DNA of 59,076 nucleotides, filler included, from Bipalium vagum (GCA_037834085.1; 3 parts of 3 records of this genome joined end to end with filler, not necessarily neighbours in it); one strand, 5' to 3'. Counted from the first letter of the whole stretch, positions 12,740-25,711 are shown. Notes: generated by a model from the sequence alone, not told the origin. A program made the numbers and translations.

Positions 12740-13489
12740 TTACACATCTCTTTTCTGATCCCTCCAGATACAAAACATAACTTTCAAACCATGGACATTT
12801 TGTTCCGGTGTTGATGGACCGTGTTCACCTGGCATCACCCAGGTAGCTTTGCATTTTCGATTGTCATAACGAATCCATTTTTCGTCTCCTGTGATAATTC
12901 GATGCAAAAAAGTTTTCCGTTTTTGTTTCTGAAGGATATCACAAATTCTTTTTGGCGTTCGATGCATCTTTCTGTCAATTCATGCGGGATCCAAATTCCT
13001 AATTTTCGAATAATTCCTAAAGCTGCTAGACGTTATGAAATGCATTGTCGAGTCAAATTTAATACAACAAAAATGTATTTGGTATGGGTTTTCATCCAAC
13101 GGCCTTTTCAAATCTCTATCTTCACAGTTTTTGTAGATTGTCATGTTCCTTGTCGTTAGTATCATTTTGAAAACGGCAAAAATTAATCTTTACATGTGGT
13201 CATCCAAGAGGCATGTTCTCCATAGGTATCTCAAAGCAAGAGGCACGTTTCCTCTGTAGTTTTCTTGGCAATAAGATTTACTTCCCGCAAGTGTCGTTTA
13301 TTTCTGATGAATATTGACATTTTGAGTCGCTATAATATTTAAACAAGGAATATTAAAACAACTGTCTCGTGATATTATTGATTATATGATATTTTGTTTA
13401 TAAATCAATTCAATATAATATAGATATGTATGCAAACAAAATTTTTATTTTCATTTTTAAAAAAACCGGATTTATAGTTGTACACCGAA
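12740..13489 (-). mobile_element. 5' half of a mariner element
   Basis: LLQKQKRKTFLHRIITGDEKWIRYDN-type segment (seen as ILQKQKRKTFLHRIITGDEKWIRYDNRKCK...HGLKVMFCIW). The left TIR reads ttcggtgtacaactataaatccggtttt on the minus strand, ending at about 13489. Truncated after the KVM motif. Confidence 0.9.
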
Positions 13490-14339
13490 TAATTATATCA
13501 AAATATAAAACATTAAAATAGGTAATTAAAACAAGTGATGCCCAAAGGTCAGTTTTAACATAATTTTGTTTTATTTTTTTTCATAATATTTTTAAATTTA
13601 TATTTTTACATCATAATTAAAATTTTAATAATTTATCTTTAAAAATATATACTTAAAACTACCTCCGAGCCATAAAAAAGTTAATTTTCTGGTTTTATTG
13701 ATTTTGATCAAATGAGTTAGATGTTGTTTTAAATAGTTATTTTTGATTGATTTTAAGAAGACCTTATCAGGAAAAGATAAAATGCTTTTATTCAATTATC
13801 ATAGATCACTGGTTGAGATTGGAAATAAAAACTGTAAAAAAGTAACAATTTTTGAACTTGATTCATTTGCAAGAAAATAACGATCTTTTATTGAAAACAA
13901 CGAAAACTGGGTAGAAACAGTAACAAGTGCCATTCGTAAACGTCTCTCGCCAGTAGCATTTGTGATATTTCATAGGAGACTACCATGCCAACAACTAGTG
14001 TAAGAAGAATTACTACAGATGATATATTCAGACTCGAGGATATAATACATGGGGCAATTATGTTGATATTGACTAAAAATGATCGATTTGTTTACCTTCA
14101 ATTGTGAAAGATATGATAATAATCCATATAAGAATGTACCCATAGTAAGCAAGGCTAATATTTGGAGAATAACAATAATAAATGCCAAACCAAACTTCGA
14201 AAATATTTCAACTGTCTTATCGATATTTGAAGGATTCAGGTACACCACGAAGCCCAAAGATCTACGAAGAACCACGTCAAAGGTGATGTATACAAAATTG
14301 AGTGTACCTGTTTTCTGTCATCTTTTATGAACTGATGTG

Positions 14340-14530
14340 TGATAAAATTATGCGTGGAGTTTCAGAAGATATTCATTGTTTCAAAATTATATGTTCATTC
14401 AAATGGATAATGCTCGTCCACATGTTGGTAAAAATAATGTTCACAAGTTAAATGTTTTCGGGGACAGTATAATTCCAATAAACACTGTTTCGAACCATTC
14501 TGCTCAATCTTTCTTATTTACTTTTTTATG
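14340..14530 (+). mobile_element. Tc1/mariner-superfamily catalytic fragment
   Basis: FIQMDNARPHVGK carries the second catalytic-Asp motif. The stop-riddled frame at 13755-14330 upstream may belong to the same relic. Confidence 0.55.
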
Positions 14531-14593
14531 GTTTGGAGTTAGTATATGTATGAAAGGATAAATATGTAAATAACTTTAATTATAAATCTTAAG

Positions 14594-15766
14594 ATCCTCT
14601 TCCACTGTTGCTCGAGAAAACTGTTTAACTTTATGCCTGAAAAGAAATAAAAAAGTCTATCCATGGTTTCTTAGAGCATTGGATACTAAAACCGCAAATA
14701 GCGCTGATAACGAAGGAAATTCTTTGCTCCATTTAGCTGTAAGGGTGTTAGACTGTGACTTCTGTACCGCTTTGTTAGAATCAGGAGGAAATCTTGAAGC
14801 GGTCAATAACCAAGGGCTCACTCCCGTTTCATACCTGATTTCCAACTTGGATCAACAGACGTTTAATCATGTAATAACTACCAAACTGTACCCAATTTCA
14901 TCCCGCTTTTAGAATGACGAAAGCATCGTGGGAAAGATAAAGTACTTGCTACGTTATCTGCTTTCCCATTCCAGTGACCGTAGTAAACAGTCCGTCAAAG
15001 AAATCGCGTTATATCACTTGGCAAAATTGAATTGCAAAGATGAGTTTGAGTTTTTACTGAAAACCGTGAAACACCCTCAGCATTTCAAAGACGGAGAAAG
15101 TCTTTTAACAAGACTGGTAAAAGAAGACCACTTGAACTTTTGTCGATTTATTATTCTGTCCGAGACAAATGGGAAAAAATATATCAATCTTCAAAATGAA
15201 AATCGTCAAACACCCTTACAAGTTGCCATTGAGTGTGAAATGATCGAGTTGGTCTGGTATCTGATTTTCAATACAAATGACGTCAGCAATAAAGACATTA
15301 AAGGTCGTACTGCTTTGATGCAATTGACGGAGAAAATTACCAAACATTCTGATGTATTCTGACATTTTTTAATTAAGGGTTTTACATTTAGTTTAGGCAA
15401 GGCAATATAAGAAATTGAATAATATTATTAAAAAGTTCAATATGTACTCGAAACGAAAAATACCCATTTCGTATGGGTCTGGTTACGAAACAGGAAAGAA
15501 GACCAGCAAAGATTTGAGGATTGATGAATACGGCCAGGAGAAAGAGGTATAAAATTAAAAATTGTCCATTTTTTGTTATTTGAATTTAGGTTTGCTTGAT
15601 CTGTTCGCAGAGAGATGTGCGCTGTATTCTTGATTGTGGTCACTCTCTCTGTGCAGAGTGCACTATTAAATTTGTTAAAGGGAGATTTTTGTGCTGCCCC
15701 GTCTGTTGTTATGAAATGCAATCCAACAGACTATATTGTGACCTAGGCATGAAAAACTATTCATAA
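14594..15766 (+). CDS. Ankyrin-repeat plus C-terminal C3HC4 RING protein (putative E3 ubiquitin ligase), 3' exons
   Basis: Exons 14594-14870, 14913-15353, 15397-15546 and 15590-15766, with phase-0 GT-AG introns of 42-43 nt. Ankyrin motifs are DNEGNSLLHLAV, NNQGLTPV, NENRQTPLQVAI and DIKGRTALM. The last exon reads VCLICSQRDVRCILDCGHSLCAECTIKFVKGRFLCCPVC...YS*, a RING-HC pattern. Confidence 0.9.
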
Positions 15767-16557
15767 TTATGTAGAAACGTCAACTGTTCTCAACATTTTC
15801 TTTTTCGACGATCATTACTTAAATATATTTTTAAGAACAAATAGATAAAAATTGAAACCGGAAATTACTTCACAGTTTAGTATTAAGTATTATTATTAAC
15901 AGAAATTTGACATATTCAAACAAATCTAGTTAAACAATGGTAATCCTATAGTAATAATAATGTTATCAAACTGGTAATAAGTATGTAAGCTTTAAATCGT
16001 TATCTTTCCTCCTCATTAATGGTCGGTGTTAATGATGAAAGAAAAATAAATCGTTCAATAATAAAACCATTTTATTTTGTTTAACTCTCGAGCTCTTTCT
16101 TTTTGTCATTATTATTATTATTATCATTCTTTTTTGTGTTCATGATTATTTTAACCATTGACTCAATTTTGATTATTTGACGTTAAAGGCATTTTGTTTT
16201 TTAAAATTAGTGATTGTTGGACATATTTTTGGGTGGTCTACGAGTATTGGAGCAAATTTTGTTGTAGCATCAGGCTGTTTTAAATTTATAATCAAATTTT
16301 GATTCAGTTCTTTGGATGCGGACAAAGTATTATTTAGGAATTTTTGATTCAATTTGGGATTTTTAGAATTACGAGCACAACATTATTAAGTGAGGAGTTA
16401 CTGATAGACGAGCGAAGGTTTCTTTGTTAAAGTAAAATAGTAACTAAATAAATCAACAAAAATCTTTACTAATTCTTTAAGTAGTTCCACTTCCCAACAA
16501 TTTCAACTTCTTTAACGGCTTTGTAATAACATCTTTAAATAATTCTTCGAATAACTT

Positions 16558-16717
16558 TTGGATTGACAACTGGATTTCATCAAAAGACCCAGAGTTTTTT
16601 CTTTCAGGTTGTAGCTTCAAATGGAACATATTTTCAATAAATGTTTTAAAATAAAATATGTAATAAATGTCTTTGTTTTCTTATTTTAAAAAGCCGGAGT
16701 CATAGTTGTACACCTAA
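16558..16717 (+). mobile_element. 3' end of a mariner element
   Basis: WIDNWISSKDPEFF...VVASNGTYFQ* is followed by the TIR aaaagccggagtcatagttgtacacctaa|ta, the same TIR family as the one at 13489. Confidence 0.8.
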
Positions 16718-17152
16718 TATATTTACCTTTAGACTAATTTCACTGAAATTTGAGGTAAAGATTTATTTCGAATATCTCAAAATTTACCGGATACGATAAG
16801 GTGGTGTGTAGATAACGGACTTGGGTCTGCGAAAGGCAGAGACCTCCAAGGGTTCATAATAATAATTAAGATAATAATAAAAATAATTAAGAAGTACTTT
16901 TAAATAACAAAATCATTAATTATTAATAATAACTTGATAATTATTATAATAAAAATTTGATAACTAATAATAATAATTGCCGCCGACGAAATAATAGTAA
17001 AATAATTTTGGAATTATTAGTCTCTCAGAAGAAATAGCCTTTCAAAAGTAGCAACTGGTGGTCGTCGACCAATCTCTACTAGTAAATAAATCAAGAATTT
17101 TGCTTATAAAGTCGGCGAAGAAAAGAGATAACTGTTTTGGAAGTGAAGTTTG

Positions 17153-18168
17153 TTAATAATAGTGACAATCAAGGTTGAAACGATCTAAAACTAACACACA
17201 GTTTTCGTAGCACAAACAAATAGCCAATGAAAAAGCGGTTCCTAAAATCTAAAAATAAAACAAATTCAAATAGTATTATTTGAAAGGATTTTCTTCACTT
17301 CATGATTGTGATTGGGATCACAGAGATCCTCATTCAAAATGTATTCCATCATATCCGGGTCGTTGTCGCAAACAGCCGTGTGTAATACCGAAAAATTTGC
17401 CTTCAATGAAAAAAAGAACAATAAACATCGACGTGAAAATCGTTATTTACCTTTAATCTGGACTTAAGCAAGGATTCACGCATCGAAATTGATTCATGGA
17501 TTCCAGAATAGCCTTTTGCTAAAGCTTTTGACTTTGCTGCGTTCCATACCTAAATAAAACTTTCCATCGTCAAAAACTGACCGCTTTATTTAAAGATTTT
17601 TTCCGACTTCCTCGTCAAAGATGCTCTTCTTCAATATCTCTACTACAAACACAAAGCTACCCTATTCTGCTGCCACTTCCAAGAACGAGCTCGGTACCTA
17701 AAGAGACATCAATGAGAAGATATGTACTCTTAAAAGTAAACGATTTTCCGTTTTCCATTGACAACGTTCGCACAGCAAACCAGTCGGAATGCCTCTTGAT
17801 GATGATCTCTGATGGCCTTGTAAAGCAGAACCTGTGAAGATGATTTCATTGTGGTTAACTTTTTAAAACAAAGGAACCTCCAAATGCAATTGGGAGTTGA
17901 GTGATTTTGTGTTGTTCTTAGATACGCTTAACGTAACGAATGTCCTAAGAATTGAATGTCAAAACTGATCAAGTCTGACAAGACAATTTACTGAATCGTC
18001 GATTGGTCGGTCGAAAACATATTTTATGATCTTTTTCGCATTTTTTCTCCACGCTATTTCCAGCCAAGACTCGATCAACTGAGAAGTTTTAGCTGGTGTT
18101 ATGTTCTCTCTAATCTCATAAAACTTGCTGAACTTTTCATGGTCATCTTTTCTGATGCAGTCGAGCAA
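17153..18168 (-). pseudogene. Ankyrin-like gene B, disrupted paralog of gene A's 3' half
   Basis: Exons 17992-18168, 17878-17944, 17742-17831, 17608-17697, 17451-17549, 17299-17400 and 17153-17248 align with gene A (VLLYKAIRDHHQEAFRLVCCA vs IILYKSIRDNHEEGFYLTCCA; LHTAVCDNDPDMM vs LLTAVCENDPNMV). Exon 17878-17944 is 67 nt against 69 nt in A (frameshift), and there is an in-frame TAG at 17662-17664. Confidence 0.8.
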
Positions 18169-18968
18169 CTGTGAATATAACTTGGAATATATCCTACAGT
18201 ATTGTGAAAATTAATGTGAACATGACTTTATTTTGCAAAATCAAACTTTTTAAAACGTGTCTAGGAAAGAATCAAGGATATTTTCTTAAGCTGGCGACAT
18301 ACATTTCCATTACAATACAAATTTTTCATTACAAAATTAACAATGAAAACCGGAAAGTACAATCATCCGCCGTTATAATGAAGACATCGGTCAACTGGAA
18401 AAAACACGCTTATAAGGGATTCTCTTATACCAAGGTTGATAGTTTATTCAACACTAGAATGAGCACATACTTAGTACTATTCAGACCAACAGTAACACAA
18501 ATTCAAAATATATAAATCTAAGTTTAAAAGTCAAATTATAAAGGTAAAACATCAACGTCAACATTTTAATTAAAGAAATTCAATATAATGGTCTGTGTGA
18601 CCTTTGGTTGAGAATTTGGATAATACTGTCTTCTAAATCTGGTAAAAAATCAAGTCTTTTCATCAAACGTTTTCCAGGCAAACAAATACAGTAAATCGTT
18701 TGATAACTCGAAGAGAGTGCAGTACTTCTTTAATAGTTTGATAATATGATACTATTTAGGAACTACATCTTCATCGGAAGAACCTCCAGCTATATAATTA
18801 TTAGTAGTGATTTTTAACTTGTCGAGCTCATTTCCCTTTGTCATTTGCGTTGAATTGTCACAGGCTAATCATATTTATATTTTAATTCAATAATTTTTAT
18901 TCTATCTTCAACACGTAACTTTGACAAGCGAGGCCTCAACTAAAATGAATAAAACTACATTAAAAATA

Positions 18969-19162
18969 TTAGGTTGTCTAATAAATTCGTGCGGATTTTT
19001 TTTCGATGTCGTTTTGAATGACATTAGATGCATCTATTATTAATTTAATTTAATATTTAATAAATAGACAGATCACGTGTTTGTTATTTATTAATAGTTG
19101 TTTTAACTCATTAGTTTTTAATTTAGTTTTACATAAAATTCAAAATGGATATCCAATTCAAT
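18969..19162 (+). mobile_element. 5' end of a mariner element, cut by the contig end
   Basis: TA + TIR-like ttaggttgtctaataaattcgtgcggatttt, then an ATG at about 19145 just before the gap. Confidence 0.6.
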
Positions 19163-19262
19163 NNNNNNNNNNNNNNNNNNNNNNNNNNNNNNNNNNNNNN
19201 NNNNNNTTAATTAATTAANNNNNNNNNNNNNNNNNNNNNNNNNNNNNNNNNNNNNNNNNNNN
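19163..19262. other. Artificial contig linker N44-TTAATTAATTAA-N44
   Basis: Exactly 100 nt, with a palindromic 12-mer giving stops in all six frames. An identical structure lies at 37953-38052. Confidence 0.95.
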
Positions 19263-20855
19263 AATCTTCGAATATCGAGTTTTAAAAAGGACACTTTATA
19301 AAAATTTAAAAATTCAAAAATATGTTCAAATACTCACACTCATAATTATTCTGAATTTGTCTGAACCAACTTTACCTTTTCTGCATTGCTTCTTAAAAGC
19401 CGGAAAGATATAAAGCAGAAAAGATTATGGTGCCCGTAAAAGTTCCAATTACAGTAAAAGAACATTTGATACGTGTGAATAATTCTTATAACTTTGGACT
19501 GAAAATTTTTCTGAAATTCTTTAGGATCTTTGTATCTCTGTGTTAAAGTTTATATTTTTAGTGAACGTAAGAGGGAGATTAAGATTGAGGTTAACGTATT
19601 GAAACACAAATTGATCAAGAAAAGAAGGGATCATTTTTTAAGTGATAGACTATTGAATGTATATATTTTCGTGATTAGTGTGACGAGATGCATATGATTA
19701 GATTGGGCTCATTTAATAAGAAAATTTGATCTCGGAGAGAGTAATTGATGTCATTGTTAATCTACGTTTAATAAATTTTTTTGCTCATATTAGAAATATT
19801 GCTAAGTAATTATTAATTTGTTTATGATTTCATCATGTCATACGTCAAACTTTGTGTTTTCTCTAAAACCTGTGATATCAGAAAAAGGCTTTCATCTGCC
19901 GAATAGTTGGTAGCAAACAATTGATTCAAATGGTGACTATTTCATTGAATAAATGTATGTTTGTTGATAATACGTTTGTTCTGGGCTTGATTTTCATATG
20001 AAAAGACTTCATAATGTTGCCATATAAACCAAAAACGAAATATATAAAATACTATCAGTTAATTTCGACAAAAGATAATATATCTTAAAGGGACTGAAAG
20101 AACGAAATAGTTTGGAAATGGGTTTAATTAAAATCATTATGATTCTGAGCTTGGAATTATCTTGGGAAACAGTTCATTTAAACAAGAAATGAATAAATAT
20201 AATTTAAAAATTAAATAATATTGATTAATTAAACTTTGTCGGCAATTTCTTAATTCTTAAGCACATTCAGAATTGTACATAATGACAAGCTGTAATAAAA
20301 ATTCACAAATTCAACTTCTCTAATTTACCGCCTGTATTTTATGATGCCATTTAACTATTTAAACAAAATCATATTTTAAGATTTATTTAATTTAAACAAA
20401 ATTTTAAATGGGAAAAAATCTTTTCACTGAGAATAATTTTATATATAGAAACCTCTTACATAAGTCTAATATATAAAAATACAGTACCTGTCTGTCTTTG
20501 GATTTTCTGGATATTTTGAACTAAAGTATTTCCTTTTCAGAATCATTGAATTGACCCTCCCTACAACTCTCAAACCTTTTACCTTTTTTCATTACCCATT
20601 CATATTTGTAATTTTTTAATTTTAAACAATTTTCATTATCATAAATAAAAACGAAGGAATTAAAATGTGATCTTTAACTGTAAATGACTTCCTTTCCAGT
20701 ACACTAAAATAAGAAAATCATTTAATGGAAAGCTGTTTCTTATCTATGCCAAACAAGATTACTTGTTTTATTTATTTATTAAAGTTTCCGATTAATTAAA
20801 TTAAATTTATGTAAATCTCAATTAAGCGGTTTCTTCTTTTATTATTATTATTATA

Positions 20856-20889
<34 letters not shown>

Positions 20890-22279
20890 ATATAAATATA
20901 AATATTATTAGTTTTTTAACTTTAAATAGCTTTTTTTTAGTAATTTTTATTTTTAAATATAATATTTTCATTAAATAACTTTTATTTCATAATTCATTAA
21001 AATTTGCTTTTATTGCTCAAATTATAGAAGATCTACCATATATAACATTATATTTCCTTTACGAAAATAATAGAGCCAATATCGATTTATCATTCAATAT
21101 TAAAAAGTATCAAAGAGAAATTTATTATTCAAAATGAATAATAAACAAATTAATAAAAATAAATAATAAAATAAAGTATTATATGACATGATATAATATA
21201 AAATAAGATTTATAATATAATACATAATAAAATCAAAGAAATTACCTCAATTATAAAATTATCTATAATTATTAGAATAATAATTTTTCTTTAAATTAAT
21301 AACGAATTATAAAAGTTCAATTATTTATATTTGAAGGCCAAAGTTTTATCGGAAGAAAGAAAAAATTATTTCTTAATTGAATTATTTGACAAGTAATTAT
21401 TTTATAGTGTCCCTGGGATAATATTTTCGTTCTTAAAATATCCTACTGATTTCAAGTTTCGACTCTTTTTCAAATATCTTAGGGTAACATGAATTGTTTT
21501 TATTATATATTTTATTTTAAAATTTCACCATTTCGTTTTCTTTAAAATTTTATTCTTCTTATAATTAATTAAATTAGATTATTAAATTTAAAATTTATAT
21601 AGTTTTAAAAATTAATACTATTATTATTAATTAATTATTAATAATTAATTAATTATTATTAATGTTATCAGTTTTATAATTTTTTATTCAATTTTAAAAA
21701 TATTATTTATATTTAAATTAAATATTAAAAATAGTTAAAATTAATAATTAAAAAAATATTTTATTTATTTGAATATTTTAACAATCATTAAAATTCTTTA
21801 TTATTAAAATTACTACCATTATTATTTTGACCTCATGCCAAATGTTTCAAATTAATAAATTAAATATCTATAAATTAAAATATAAAATAAAAATATACTT
21901 TTTATTATTGCTTTATACCAGGTTTTTTCAGTGATTAATTTTTAATTTAGCTTCCTGGAATTCCATTTCTAAAAGTTTTATTATAAAAAATAAAATCTTT
22001 TATTCTAAATTTTTAATGAAACACTTAGTAAAATTACTCGATATAAACGAGAAAAATCTTTAAAACAGTTTTTGGTTGATCTCAACTTTATTTTAAAGAA
22101 TAATTAAAACAAATTTTGATCCTGTTTTTCACAAAAAGATTCCGTTAATGAATCTCTTAAAAAAATTCTTATCTATATTGTGCAACGGTCTATTCTTTTC
22201 AATTTAAAGCTGAAAATAAATAATAACTAAAAATTATCGATAAATTATAAATAAAATAATAAAATTAATTAATAATTAC

Positions 22280-22814
22280 AATCGTCTGGTTTTTTGTGAA
22301 TAAAATCGAGTGATTGTAAATGTCTCAGGACCGTTGTTTGATGTACACCAACATTTACAGCTAAATCGGGCGAACTTGAAGAAAGGCTGTAATCAATTCT
22401 TTCATCCACTAGCAGTGAAGGTCGAAACGTGATTTGTCTTCAAGATTCAATTTTCCACTATTGAAGCTTTTGAACCAACTAGCAGCAGTCCTCTGAGCAA
22501 TAATCCGTTCACCTTCAACTCGCATATCTCCTTGAAAGCATCCATTGTACCCACGCCTCTTTTCCAACAACAGTCTTATCTCAAATTTTGTAGAAGTCAT
22601 GTTAATCAAATTGAAATTATTTATTGAAATTCAAAAACTTACAATCAATATTTCATTCAATATTTAAACAAATGATAAATTGCTATTTAAATGAAATTAA
22701 ACATTTTAAACATAAAATACGGCTATTAAACTTTGAAAATAACGATAAAACCTTATTTGGAACGCAAAATTTCTTTATAATACTTTTTTGAGCAGAACTT
22801 TTGCATCAACCTCG
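22280..22814 (-). mobile_element. 5' fragment of a mariner element
   Basis: TIR cgaggttgatgcaaaagttctgctc on the minus strand after TA. N-terminal HTH piece KFEIRLLL...EGERIIAQRTAASWFKSFNSGKLNLEDKSR. Confidence 0.85.
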
Positions 22815-24479
22815 TAATTTAATTTATTTAACATATTAAATAGTAAAATGGTAAACCATGGTTTTTTTTTAATAGTAAATGACACCTGACAAAATAAATG
22901 ATTTTACTTTACTTTTTCATCCACGAATTATTTTCGCCCAAATAATAATTAATCGGAAGCACATAGAAATTTATAATAATAATTCATTGTTTTATTATCA
23001 AGATTTAATTTTCCGTTAAAGATTATAAAATTTATTGAATAATTTCAGGTAAAAATTACCGGTCCATTTAAATGGTATATTTTCACTTCATTGTATTCCA
23101 GACAGAATGTTATATTATTTCAGAACCATTTTTAACGTCATAACAATATTTAAAACAAACAATGAGGAAAATGAGATATATTTTGTTTAAATGCCAACGG
23201 TATTTGTGTGATTTAATATCTTTATGGGTACTATAGTAGAAGTTCTTTTGGAGTTTTATAAAAGAATAATAGGGGTTACAAAGTTGAAATACTTAAACGA
23301 CACAGTCATACTACTTAGTATTAGTATAATTACAAAATTCAAGGTCATTATGAATACTTCGTATAATAAATAGTTAGTTATAACATAATAATTACTATAT
23401 AATAATAATCCCTTCAAGACTATATATACTTATTGACTTTTCGGTATTTTGCAAAGTGATCACAGAATACTTCAAAACTTTGGCAAGGTCTACTTACCAG
23501 TGGAAGGACAAATTCCACAGATGTTATTATTCTTTAAAAAATGTACCAGTATTAGTTTTATTAAAAGAATTAAATATCGATTAAAAATCATATTTCACTG
23601 AAAATATTCAATGAAAACCGTATTGCTCTGAGTTAATGAAATGAAATCAATGGATAGTCTCAGCTAAAATTGCAGATTCTATTGTAATTTTTTATGATTG
23701 TTTTAATGTAATACACTTTTATCATTTTGGCTATATTTAACACCTAAAATGTGAATCGATTTTTCTTGGGAAGATTACGATTTTGGTATTGTTTAAGGTC
23801 GTTGATCAGAACATGTCAAAGATGAAGAAGAATTAAAGAATGAAACTGAGGTTAATAATAGGAAATACAATTCTTTTTCAAGGAAATATATCATTTGATC
23901 TTTATAAACGATTTCTTTTTTTTAAGTTTACGATTTCATTACCGAAACAAGATTATATCTTTTTGTGTGTCTAAATACGACGGGTTTTAAGTATGACATA
24001 AATATAGGGTGTGTAATGGATAAGCCTGATGGTATCTTCATGCTAACTTGAACAGTCCGAAGTGTGACAAGGGAACTGGATTGAATTCAAGTTGAGAAGC
24101 AGAGTTACTTCTGAGTTGATGATCTAAGATTTCCATTGGCAGAAAAGTCTATTGTTCTCATGATGGTGTTCTCTATCTTAGCCTGGATCTGATGAGTTCG
24201 TGAGGGAAAAAATTACAAAATCAAAGCATAACAAAACAATCAAGGATGTGAAGATATTCGAATTAATTCAAATTGATGAAGATAAATAAATCCATGATGT
24301 GCATTTATGTTGTAGGTTAATTTTTAAATGTTATGCCGCCACTTTTATTTTACATAAAAATTGGATTTTTGAAATTTTATGTCAGCGTTAAATTTGTTCA
24401 AATGGTTGATTTAATCACCTTATATACAAAATATCAAAAAATTCTCAGGTCAAAATTTATTTTTCAAAAGAATTGAGTT

Positions 24480-24760
24480 CTTTGAAAATAGAATTTTTTG
24501 AATTCACAGAATTTTTTGAATCTGATCGCACAATTCACAGAAAATAGAATTGGGGAGTAGAACCATTCCATTAGACTAAGAGATCACCAGATCTTTTCCC
24601 ATCGAATTCATCTCTTTGATTTATACAAGAAAATCAAAGAAGCTAAAAAATCGCGCAGATGTGATCGAAGATGAGGTCGCTAAAATATCACCACAAATGT
24701 GTAAAACAGATGAGAATACGAGAAACCAATCAAAACGAAAAAAAACTACTTTTATGACGT
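24480..24760 (+). mobile_element. Highly decayed Tc1/mariner-superfamily transposase C-terminal fragment
   Basis: RSPDLFP-like motif followed by KSKKLKNRADVIEDEVAKISPQMC. Confidence 0.4.
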
Positions 24761-25711
24761 GTCATAATGTGATAAAATTAATAAATCGTTGTAAATTGAG
24801 GCTGACTTCTTTCTTTTATCGACGATTGGTGCGCTTGGCATGATTTCAAATTTTGTTTAATTCCAATTTGATGTCTTCAATTTTCAATATTTAATCGATT
24901 GAATCAATTAAAAGTGTAAATAAAGATAAATCGAATATTAAAATGTAATCAACATAAACATTTTGGGGAAGAACGCACAAACTTTCCCAATCAATCAAAT
25001 AATTTATGAAGTAAATAAATTAAAAGATAAGAAAATAAATGAGAGATGAATGAAAAGAACATTCTTTAAAATTATCTTAGAATATATAAAATATTTAAAG
25101 TGCAAATTCTTATTTAGATTGATATCATTTTAATGGTAATATGATCATTGTGAAAATGATAAATTTCAAGAGCAGCTAAACAAAAAAAACATCATTTAAA
25201 ACAAAAATAAATTAAATCCCTCACTGACATTTATAAATCATTTAAGTTTCGATTTCACTCTTCTTTTTTATTTTAAAGTAAAAAGTAAAACAAAAATAAT
25301 TGTGAAATAATTTTCCCATTTCTAAATGGTGAATAAAGTGAAACTTTCAATTCTGAAAAGAAAGTTTGTATAATAAATGGATATTTTGGAATTCAAAATT
25401 TAAATTCTCCAAAAGTTGACATGGAAGGCTATGAAAAGGAAACCAGTTATTGAAATTAATTAAAAATTGATTTTTAATAAATAAAATTTTTTAAAACTAA
25501 AAAAATATAATTTAAAATTAATAAATTGAGCAAATCGATCTAAAAATTTTTATTCAACTATTTTTTTAACATTTTGTTCAAAAAAATAAAAACAAAGGGA
25601 CTGGTCGTACTATAAATAGCAGAATAATAAGTATTGAGAATACAATCGATATAATTCTTCAAATATGAGAGGTTTTTAATTCAATAAAGGTACAGGTCTA
25701 GGTCATCATTA

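Noticed and set aside
13755-14330. Long plus-strand frame with several in-frame stops, raising the idea of an alternative genetic code
   Set aside because: TAA and TGA terminate the well-supported genes normally. The frame sits just upstream of a DNARPH transposase motif and is better explained as decay.
18171-18515. 114-aa plus-strand ORF
   Set aside because: GTG start, no recognisable domain, and antisense to the expected upstream part of gene B.
19207-19218. Palindrome TTAATTAATTAA, repeated at 37997-38008
   Set aside because: Centred in N runs totalling exactly 100 nt, so it is an assembly linker and not biology.
24005-24200. GC-richer block considered as an upstream TRPC exon
   Set aside because: Stops in the plus frames. 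The minus strand has a QFPCHT motif more like a decayed transposase.
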